Assembly: GCF_000025925.1 (NCBI RefSeq)
Contig: NC_014033.1
Span: 900,001-932,000, forward strand
Source: Xylanibacter ruminicola 23
GTDB lineage: Bacteria; Bacteroidota; Bacteroidia; Bacteroidales; Bacteroidaceae
DNA length: 32,000 bases
Direction: 5' to 3'
Shown piece after piece: positions 13,222 to 20,385 of this stretch (positions are counted from its first letter, which is position 1; the number at the start of each line of letters is the position of its first letter). The notes under the pieces were generated by a model. That model was given only the letters and a program-made list of their open reading frames with translations, was not told where the DNA came from and did not search any database. Position numbers and translations under genes: made by a program.

Positions 13222-13272
13222 TCTCCCGACTGTTTCCGACTGCGAAATGGTCGGGAGATACCTTTATTTTTC
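13222..13272 (+). terminator. intrinsic terminator after the kinase-like/HIRAN/170-aa unit
   Basis: Perfect 9-bp stem tctcccgac (13222-13230) / gtcgggaga (13250-13258), followed by tacctttatttttct. Confidence 0.65.
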
Positions 13273-13296
13273 TGCTTTTCAATGCCAAAAAGTGCT

Positions 13297-13304
13297 TAAT
13301 TTTG
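13297..13304 (+). promoter_or_regulatory. -7 box (TAATTTTG) for the replication-module operon
   Basis: TAnnTTTG match upstream of the ATG at 13368. Confidence 0.45.
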
Positions 13305-13367
13305 CACTCGTAAACCTGAGGCTTCTCGGTGATTCACAAGTGTTAATTTGATTTGTTGATACACATT

Positions 13368-13652
13368 ATGGAAACAAAGATTTTAAAAGTGGTACGCCAG
13401 GGCGAGGCCTTTAGCGTACAGTCATCAAAGAGTGACAACGGTACCATTCAGAAGTGTAACATTGTGCTGCGCGAGATGGGTGGTAGCAAGTTCGAAAACG
13501 AGTATGTGTGCGCCATGCTGGGCAATCTGGCGGCGTGCAGGTTCTACGAAGGTGATGTGGTGGCAGCCACACTTCGTTTCTCTACACATGAGTATCAGGG
13601 GCAGGTGTTCCAAGAAATACTTGCGACCGATATCGTAGTTATTAAACATTAA
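13368..13652 (+). CDS. small OB-fold-like protein (DUF3127-like pattern), 94 aa
   Basis: Trimmed to the ATG (METKILKV...), because the track start at 13353 is a TTG. Length and pattern (N-terminal beta strand, ...GDVVAATLRFSTHEYQGQVFQEILATDI) resemble DUF3127. The call is weak. Confidence 0.5.
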   Translation: METKILKVVRQGEAFSVQSSKSDNGTIQKCNIVLREMGGSKFENEYVCAMLGNLAACRFYEGDVVAATLRFSTHEYQGQVFQEILATDIVVIKH

Positions 13653-13739
13653 TTTTCTGAGTTGAGGGTGAGGAGGATATTCTCGAGTAAATGGCCAAGG
13701 AATCCGAAACTTCTTCTCGCTTAAACACTTAGAAAAAAT

Positions 13740-14129
13740 ATGAAAACAAGAAAAAGCAGAATTTTAGGAGAACAGGTAATGGTTGAAGGTCTGATGACCT
13801 TTGGCAAGTTGGAAACAGGACTGCGCACACTTGATTTTGAGTGCTGCGAGGATGTGGCGGCCGAGGCTTTTAAGGGTAAGTTCGTGGTGCAGGGCATGCG
13901 TGATGGTAACGTGTATATGAGCGAGTTGCCTAAGCGACCAAAGAACAAGCCGCTGTTTCGTGAGGATAACTGCTCGTTGTCGCACGGTCGTAACGGTCGC
14001 TACTATTTTGTATTCTCGCTGGATGATGATGAGGTAGGGCAGTTACCCCAGAAACTAACTGAACAGGCAAACAACATAGCCAGCAAAATGATAAGGAAGA
14101 TACTATTGGAAGGAGGTGAGCTGGGATGA
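13740..14129 (+). CDS. hypothetical protein, 129 aa
   Basis: ATGA stop/start overlap with the downstream primase gene suggests translational coupling. Confidence 0.55.
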   Translation: MKTRKSRILGEQVMVEGLMTFGKLETGLRTLDFECCEDVAAEAFKGKFVVQGMRDGNVYMSELPKRPKNKPLFREDNCSLSHGRNGRYYFVFSLDDDEVGQLPQKLTEQANNIASKMIRKILLEGGELG

Positions 14130-16381
14130 GTTGCCACTTAGTATATTATAAGGATGGGGCGAAGATGATGCGCCCCGTCCTTTCGAGAGAGGAGTATCTG
14201 GCTTTGCGAAATGGTGGCGAGCAGCGGCAACTGGTGCAGCGTATCCGCAATGGCGAGGAGGCACTGAAACACAAGTTGCAGCAGATGAACTACAGCTGTT
14301 TGCCTAACGAAGACGACACCTTGAAGGGTAGCACCCGCATGAGCACCACTGTGGGTATGGATATCGACCACCTATCGGCCGATGAGATGCCAGCTATCCG
14401 CGAGCGCATCCTGAGTAAGAAAGATGAGCTGGGCTTGTTGATGCTCGAAGAGAGTGCCCGTGGCGGTGGCTACCATCTGGTATTTGCACGTAAGTCCGAA
14501 CTGAGCCAGGAAGAGAACCTGAAATGGGCGAGTGAGTTGATATCTGTGGCTTATGATAGTGGGGCTAAGGACATCACCCGCGTGTTCTTTACTACATCGG
14601 GCAATGAACTGATTTACCTGGATGATGCCATCTTCGAACTCGAAGAAGTTTTAGGCACGGATGACACGGCCTTTTTAAAAAAGGACGCGGCTGTTGCGTG
14701 CCAAAATAAATTCAAGGGCATAGCGTATAAGGATATTATTGCGGAGTTTTGGCGGCGAACGGGTGGGGTTCCTAACACAGGCGAACGCAACAAGCGACTG
14801 CACCAACTGGCTGCTAACCTGCGTTCTATTTGCGACGACAGCGAGGAGTGGCTACTGGCGCTGATGCCCAACTTAGGATTACCCGATCACGAGATGCGTT
14901 CGATTATCCATTCGGCCTGCAAGGAACCTACCAAGGGTTCGCGACTGATGGACCAGATAGTGGCAGCCCTCGCCACATCTACCTATGATACCATAGATAC
15001 CGACGACCAGCAATTGTCAATTATCAATTCTCAACTGTCAATTAAGAAGTTGCCTCAGGGTGTTAAGGATTCGGTGGCGGCAGTAGGTCCCGAATTGGCC
15101 ATGCCAATCATTACGGCGGTTTGTCCATGCATAGGTGCGCTGGCCACAGGGGTAAAGCTTGATGTACACGGGCGTGTGCGCGGACTTAATCTGATATCGT
15201 ACATTGTTGGTGAGTTTGCCAGCCGCAAGGGCGATATCGACCCGGTGGTGGATGCCTGGATGAGCGAAGTTTCGGCTATGGACGAGATGTATCAGCAGCA
15301 GGAGGACGAGTATCGACGAAAGAAACGAGCCTCTAAAAACAAGAAGGAACAGCCCGAAGAGCTTAAGTTGCCTGTGCGTTATATCGCCTTGAACAACACG
15401 GTGGCTAACCTGGCCGAGCGCTTGGCAAACGTTGAAGGTAAACATGCATTTTCGTTTACACCCGAGGCTGATACCGTGGCACAGAAATGGCGTTCGGCTA
15501 TGAGCGATTTCTCGGTACTGCTGCGTCAGAGTTACGATGGCAGTAGGTACGATCGTGAGGCCAAGAGTGCCGAGGCGGTGAATGTGCATATTAAGCACCT
15601 GCTGTGGAATGTGGTGATGTGCGGCACACCTGATGCGCTGTACCGTGTAGTAACCAATTATACTGATGGTTTCCAGAGTCGTATAGCCCTGTCGCAAACG
15701 CCCGATAATACCTATGCCAAGCTGGAGGATAAGCCCTATGTACTGACCGACCGACAGACCGAACGCATACAGCAGGTGGCACATCTGTTACCGCTGATGG
15801 CAGGCGAAGTGGTGCTGCAAAAACTGGAAACAAGGGGTAGGGCATGGCTTGAAAAAATACGACTCGAAGCCATGATGAACGACGACCGTGTAAAGGCTCG
15901 TGAACGATTCCGTACCTGTGTTACTGCCCAGCGCATGGTATGCTGCTTGATGCTGTGTAAGGTGTGCGAACAGCTGATACAGAAACACGGACTGAATGGT
16001 GCCGAAACCCAGCTGAAGCAGAAACCCTACTTATGGAAGGAGATGCTGCAGAAAACACAGACGCCGGCTATGCTGGATATGTACGACGTGATAGCCGACC
16101 AGCTGTTGGATAGTGCGTTGTATTATTTTCGCGATCGCATAGAAAATGCCTATCGCAGCAGGGATTATGCTGCCGGTAACAGTAGGAGTCGTCGTTCTAA
16201 GAACGATACCATCTACGAGCGCCTGGATGTGCAGTTCAGTTTCGATCAAGCCATGCAGTTCAGCGTAGCCATCAAGGGTGCCGATGTTACCCGCAACAGC
16301 GTGCAGCAGATGCTGAAAAACTGGCGTAAGCAGGGGCTGGTATCGCTGACCGATGATGGCGGGTATCGCAAGGTGAGTTAG
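14126..16381 (+). CDS. VirE-N/BT4734-like primase domain plus DUF3987-type helicase-like protein (replication protein of a cryptic element)
   Basis: 751 aa. The N-terminal ...STTVGMDIDHL...ESARGGGYHLVFA...ITRVFFTTSG resembles the VirE N-terminal/BT4734 primase-like domain. The size and central region are typical of Bacteroidales DUF3987 proteins. Confidence 0.7.
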   Translation: MSCHLVYYKDGAKMMRPVLSREEYLALRNGGEQRQLVQRIRNGEEALKHKLQQMNYSCLPNEDDTLKGSTRMSTTVGMDIDHLSADEMPAIRERILSKKDELGLLMLEESARGGGYHLVFARKSELSQEENLKWASELISVAYDSGAKDITRVFFTTSGNELIYLDDAIFELEEVLGTDDTAFLKKDAAVACQNKFKGIAYKDIIAEFWRRTGGVPNTGERNKRLHQLAANLRSICDDSEEWLLALMPNLGLPDHEMRSIIHSACKEPTKGSRLMDQIVAALATSTYDTIDTDDQQLSIINSQLSIKKLPQGVKDSVAAVGPELAMPIITAVCPCIGALATGVKLDVHGRVRGLNLISYIVGEFASRKGDIDPVVDAWMSEVSAMDEMYQQQEDEYRRKKRASKNKKEQPEELKLPVRYIALNNTVANLAERLANVEGKHAFSFTPEADTVAQKWRSAMSDFSVLLRQSYDGSRYDREAKSAEAVNVHIKHLLWNVVMCGTPDALYRVVTNYTDGFQSRIALSQTPDNTYAKLEDKPYVLTDRQTERIQQVAHLLPLMAGEVVLQKLETRGRAWLEKIRLEAMMNDDRVKARERFRTCVTAQRMVCCLMLCKVCEQLIQKHGLNGAETQLKQKPYLWKEMLQKTQTPAMLDMYDVIADQLLDSALYYFRDRIENAYRSRDYAAGNSRSRRSKNDTIYERLDVQFSFDQAMQFSVAIKGADVTRNSVQQMLKNWRKQGLVSLTDDGGYRKVS

Positions 16382-16410
16382 TCATTATAGTCAATAGTCA
16401 TTAGTCATTA
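16381..16410 (+). repeat. third array of four GTCAWTA heptamers
   Basis: gtcatta at 16381, gtcaata at 16390, gtcatta at 16397, gtcatta at 16404. The array starts at the last base of the primase stop codon. Confidence 0.85.
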
Positions 16411-16415
16411 AGAAC

Positions 16416-16820
16416 ATGGACATTCAGAATAATCAAGCATGCTTTGTGCAGCTCTGGCGTCAGCTGGAGCGCACAAGGCGCGTGCTTTCAAGCTGCTATA
16501 AGCGATTCAGTGTGCGTAACGTACTAAAGTTGTGGTTTGGTGCTGAAGCTACCGACGACTTTATTTGGCAGGTATGCAAACAAACAGTGGTGAGCGACGA
16601 ACAAGTGTGTGGCAACGATCTGTTGTCATCTCCGAGACACTATCCCCGCATACATCGAGAGTTGCTTAGGGCTATCGTAGCCACCAAATTAGGGTTAGGC
16701 CTACGCCACGTAAAACTACCAGATTTGGATGCTGCGTATAGCATCGCATTTCCAAATAGTACACCAATTAATGTAAACAAAAAGAAAAGAAAGTATGGAA
16801 CCTGTAGTACAGTTGAATAG
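16416..16820 (+). CDS. hypothetical protein, 134 aa
   Basis: ORF between the primase and peptidase genes on the same strand. Basic C-terminus (KKKRKY). No domain recognised. Confidence 0.5.
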   Translation: MDIQNNQACFVQLWRQLERTRRVLSSCYKRFSVRNVLKLWFGAEATDDFIWQVCKQTVVSDEQVCGNDLLSSPRHYPRIHRELLRAIVATKLGLGLRHVKLPDLDAAYSIAFPNSTPINVNKKKRKYGTCSTVE

Positions 16821-17247
16821 TAAAGTAAACCTCTCCGAGCATTTTGTGCTCGGGGAGTTCACCAGGAGCAAGTATCCTGAGGTGTATAACATTCCCAGTC
16901 ATGAGGTTATAGCCCATTTGAAAAACCTCTGCACTTGGCTGGAGGTTCTGAGGGAAAGATCCTCGCAACCGATTATCATTAACTCTGGTTATCGATCGCC
17001 TCAGTTGAACAGAAAAGTTGGTGGAGCCCCCACCAGTAATCACCTAACTGGATGTGCGGTGGATATTCGCACTAATGGTATGGAGCAGGCCATCTGCTAT
17101 GCGGCAACCCTTATCGATTATGCTAAAGAGACGCAGCAGGATTATGACGAACTGCTGATAGAAAAGAATCGCTACGGTGCCATCTGGTTACACTTCGCCG
17201 TGCGGCCTAAGGATAACCGCCATCGTGTGAACTTTATCAATGCTTAG
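16795..17247 (+). CDS. peptidase M15 family (D-Ala-D-Ala carboxypeptidase / endolysin-like zinc peptidase)
   Basis: The motif SGYRSPQLNRKVGGAPTSNHLTGCAVDI matches the M15 signature (SGYR...N...GG...S.H..G.A.D). Confidence 0.85.
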   Translation: MEPVVQLNSKVNLSEHFVLGEFTRSKYPEVYNIPSHEVIAHLKNLCTWLEVLRERSSQPIIINSGYRSPQLNRKVGGAPTSNHLTGCAVDIRTNGMEQAICYAATLIDYAKETQQDYDELLIEKNRYGAIWLHFAVRPKDNRHRVNFINA

Positions 17248-17249
17248 CC

Positions 17250-18062
17250 TTATACTTCGAAGCGGATGTAGGTGCGGTCGTCGAAGGAGTTGTTGCCTTG
17301 TATGAAGGCCTTTGTGGCTTTGAATTGGCCGATGTTTAGGGGATCGGTTTCGCGCTGGTGGGCCAGGAGCGATTCTGATTCCTTAAGCGTTGGGGCCAGT
17401 TGGGGATAGCCGTCGCTGGCAAACACAATCTCCCATTTCTGGAAGTCGAGCGGGATGACTTTTATCTTTTGCTCGGGGATGGGGAAACCATCGATAACGG
17501 CGTAAGTAATGTTCTGATTTTTCATTACGTCGAGCATGGTAGGAATCATCACTTCGCGGGCTGGGTCGTGGGGCTGCAACAGGTCGGCCTGGGGCACACC
17601 TGCGGCCAGCAACTCCTTAACTTTGGCAGCACGCATCTCGGCCAGGGGCTGCTCGTAGGGCTTAGGGTTATCGAAGAAATTACCACCTATCAGACACTGG
17701 CAATCGCCCACCATCCAAACCTCGCGGCGTAGGCGACTGTAGATGATGGCCGAGGCGCAGAGGCGCTCCTCGGGATGTTGCTGCATACGCTCAACGGGGA
17801 AACGCAGCCAGTAATGACGGCGCAGCGCACGGGTAACACCAACACAGAACTGATGGCTGCTGGTGTTGGCCGGCATCTTGCGGATATAACGACTGATGAG
17901 CTGCATGGCATAGCGGCCATTGCTCATAAGGGGGCAATGGCGACGCTTGGTTTTGGATGTGCTGCCGTCGATAACGGCAATAAAATCAGAAGTTACGACG
18001 ATTCCGTCCTCGCTTTTCTTGCTGGGGCTTTTCGCTATGATGCTTTGCTCGAGAATTTTCAT
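17250..18062 (-). CDS. conserved hypothetical protein, possibly PP2C-like
   Basis: Trimmed to MKILEQSII... (ATG at 18062), because the longer track ORF runs through the ygiQ tail. DFIAVIDGSTSKT resembles the PP2C_2 metal-binding DG motif. The call is weak. Confidence 0.5.
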   Translation of the reverse strand: MKILEQSIIAKSPSKKSEDGIVVTSDFIAVIDGSTSKTKRRHCPLMSNGRYAMQLISRYIRKMPANTSSHQFCVGVTRALRRHYWLRFPVERMQQHPEERLCASAIIYSRLRREVWMVGDCQCLIGGNFFDNPKPYEQPLAEMRAAKVKELLAAGVPQADLLQPHDPAREVMIPTMLDVMKNQNITYAVIDGFPIPEQKIKVIPLDFQKWEIVFASDGYPQLAPTLKESESLLAHQRETDPLNIGQFKATKAFIQGNNSFDDRTYIRFEV

Positions 18063-19998
18063 TTTTAAAATTTGGATTATAAGATTTAGGCTTGCCACCG
18101 CCAGCGGGCTTGCCGCTACCAGCGGGCTTTGGGCCACCGCCATAAGCAGGGCGATAACCGCCTTGTGGGGGCATGCCGCTATACAACTTGGCAATCAAGT
18201 CGGGACGACCGATGCGGCGTAACGACTGCTCGATGCCACGGCGCTCTTCGGGTTTGTACCAGAAGAAGAACTGGCGCTGGGCCAACTTCTCCTTTGGTGT
18301 TTTGGCGCTGAACACGGGTTGCAGGGTATAGGGATCGTAGCCTGTGTACCAGGTTTCGGTGGCATTGGTGAGTGGCGTGGGGGTAAAGTCCTGTACCTGC
18401 TCCAGATGGAAGTCGAGGTTCTTGGTAATCACCGCCAGTTCGGCCATATCCTCTTCCTGACAGCCTGGGTGGCTGGAGATAAAGTAGGGGATGATTTGCT
18501 GGCGAAGTCCCTCCTCGCGATTAATGCGATCGAAGATGCGCTTGAACTCGTAGAACTGCTGGAACGAGGGCTTGCGCATGAGGTAGAGTACACGATCACT
18601 GGTGTGCTCAGGGGCTACCTTGAGTCGACCCGAAACGTGGCGGGTAATGAGCTCGCGGGTGTACTCCATAGCGGCCTTATTGCTGGCCTCGTCCTTGCTA
18701 CGATGTAATAATAAATCATAACGCACACCGCTGCCGATATAGCTATGTTTGATGCCTGGAAGGGCATCTACTGAGCGGTAGATATCGAGCAGTTTTGAGT
18801 GGTCGGTATTGAGGTTAGGACATATCTGCGGATGGATACATGATGGGCGACGGCACTTTTCGCAGGCGTTCTTATTACGTCCGCTCATGCCGTACATGTT
18901 GGCCGATGGGCCACCCAGGTCGCTGAGGTTACCCTTAAAGTCGGGCATCTCGATGACTTGTTTTACCTCGCGCAGGATACTCTCTTTTGAGCGGCAGGTA
19001 ATGAATTTGCCCTGGTGGGCCGAAATAGTACAGAATGCACAGCCGCCAAAACAACCGCGATGGATGTTTACGGAGAACTTGATCATCTCGTAAGCGGGAA
19101 TGCGCTTACCCTTGTACTTGGGATGTGGCTGACGAGTGTAAGGCAAATCGAACGATGCGTCGAGCTCCTCGGTTGTCATGGGTGGGTAAGGTGGATTGAT
19201 AACCACATAACGTCCATCCACACCCTGCAGCAGGCGCTGGGCGTGCATCATGTTCGACTGCTCCTCGACGTTCTTGAAGTTCTCGGCCTGGGCCTTCTTG
19301 TTTTTCATACATTCCTCGTGTGAGTGCAGCACGATGTCGCGATCGGTAATGCCACCGATGATATCCTCCTTACGTGAGAGATAAACGGTTTGCGGCAGGT
19401 CGCGAATATCACGTATGCTCTCGCCGGCAGCCAGGCGGCGTGCCAGTTGGATAGTAACCTTTTCGCCCATGCCGTAGGTAATCATATCGGCAGGCGAGTA
19501 GCACAGCAGGCACTTCTTGAGGCTGTCGCTCCAGTAGTCGTAATGACTTACGCGGCGCAGCGAGGCCTCGATACCACCCAGCACTACGGGTACATCGGGA
19601 TAAAGCTCCTTGAGGATTTTGGCATATACGATGGTGGGGTACTCGGGACGCATATCGTGGCGACCGTCGGGGCTGTAGGCATCCTCTGAGCGCAGGCGGC
19701 GTGCGGCGGTGTACTTGTTTACCATCGAGTCCATACAGCCTGGGGCGATACCGAAGAACAGGCGAGGGCGACCTAACTTCTTAAAGTCGCGATAGTCGCC
19801 ATGCCAGTCGGGCTGTGGCACGATGGCCACACGGAACCCCGCGGCCTCGAGTGTGCGGCCAATCACGGCGGCACCAAACGATGGGTGATCAACATAAGCA
19901 TCGGCCGAGAACAGGATTACATCAACGTAATCCCATCCCCGGAGTTCGAGCTCCTTTTTTGTTGTGGGTAAAAAATCAGTTAATCTGTACTCTTTCAA
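17986..19998 (-). CDS. ygiQ: YgiQ family radical SAM protein (UPF0313)
   Basis: 670 aa. The N-terminal ...DVILFSADAYVDHPSFGAAVIGR... and the radical-SAM cluster HRGCFGGCAFCTI are typical of YgiQ. Low-complexity G/P/K-rich C-terminal tail. Confidence 0.88.
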   Translation of the reverse strand: MKEYRLTDFLPTTKKELELRGWDYVDVILFSADAYVDHPSFGAAVIGRTLEAAGFRVAIVPQPDWHGDYRDFKKLGRPRLFFGIAPGCMDSMVNKYTAARRLRSEDAYSPDGRHDMRPEYPTIVYAKILKELYPDVPVVLGGIEASLRRVSHYDYWSDSLKKCLLCYSPADMITYGMGEKVTIQLARRLAAGESIRDIRDLPQTVYLSRKEDIIGGITDRDIVLHSHEECMKNKKAQAENFKNVEEQSNMMHAQRLLQGVDGRYVVINPPYPPMTTEELDASFDLPYTRQPHPKYKGKRIPAYEMIKFSVNIHRGCFGGCAFCTISAHQGKFITCRSKESILREVKQVIEMPDFKGNLSDLGGPSANMYGMSGRNKNACEKCRRPSCIHPQICPNLNTDHSKLLDIYRSVDALPGIKHSYIGSGVRYDLLLHRSKDEASNKAAMEYTRELITRHVSGRLKVAPEHTSDRVLYLMRKPSFQQFYEFKRIFDRINREEGLRQQIIPYFISSHPGCQEEDMAELAVITKNLDFHLEQVQDFTPTPLTNATETWYTGYDPYTLQPVFSAKTPKEKLAQRQFFFWYKPEERRGIEQSLRRIGRPDLIAKLYSGMPPQGGYRPAYGGGPKPAGSGKPAGGGKPKSYNPNFKNENSRAKHHSEKPQQEKRGRNRRNF

Positions 19999-20024
19999 AT
20001 CTTATTTTCCAAATTTTTCGGCCA

Positions 20025-20369
20025 TCAATTAAACGGTGTGCCCTGCAAAACGCGTGTGGTCATGCCCAGACCATCGTTGTCTTGATGCTTCCAGTTAATG
20101 TATAATAGCACAAGCTGCTGCAGGCCGAATGCCTTCATGTTGGGATGATAGATGACATCGAGACAGAGGTCGAGCAGGGTTTTATCCTTGCCGGCATCGC
20201 CCTCGAGCAGTGCGCGAATGTTCAGTTTCAATTTGTCAAGTACCTGTTCGTCGACGTAGCCATTAGAGTCGATCAGATCGCGGAAGAGCTGATACTTCTC
20301 GATGGTCTGCAGGTGTTCGTCACTTACTTCGATACTACGGGTTCCAGATGAATTAGATTGAATTTTCAT
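20025..20369 (-). CDS. hypothetical protein, 114 aa
   Basis: ORF directly upstream of ygiQ on the same strand. No domain recognised. Confidence 0.5.
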   Translation of the reverse strand: MKIQSNSSGTRSIEVSDEHLQTIEKYQLFRDLIDSNGYVDEQVLDKLKLNIRALLEGDAGKDKTLLDLCLDVIYHPNMKAFGLQQLVLLYINWKHQDNDGLGMTTRVLQGTPFN

Positions 20370-20385
20370 ACTTTTAGATAATTTT

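Larger units (their letters stand above)
8801..17247. mobile_element. cryptic Bacteroidales primase/HU/M15-peptidase element or remnant; no integrase in the window and the boundaries are tentative
   Basis: The gene content (HU-family, smalltalk-type peptide, VirE-N/DUF3987 primase, M15 peptidase, variable cargo) is a combination I recall recurring in Bacteroidales genomes. The left edge is marked by a direct repeat and a gene fragment. The right edge is a 2-nt convergent junction with core genes. Confidence 0.4.

Noticed and set aside
15038-15784. Long antisense or alternate-frame ORFs inside recognised genes. Examples: 15038..15784, 9685..10194, 21172..21789, 22003..22488, 27933..28667, 29481..30068, 30141..30998, 17400..17732, 18319..18708.
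   Set aside because: Each lies fully within, and opposite to or out of frame with, a gene that has clear family motifs (primase, HU, amidase-like, Omp85, MBL, ygiQ and others). Their sequences are compositionally odd, rich in R/H/C/Q. I consider them spurious.
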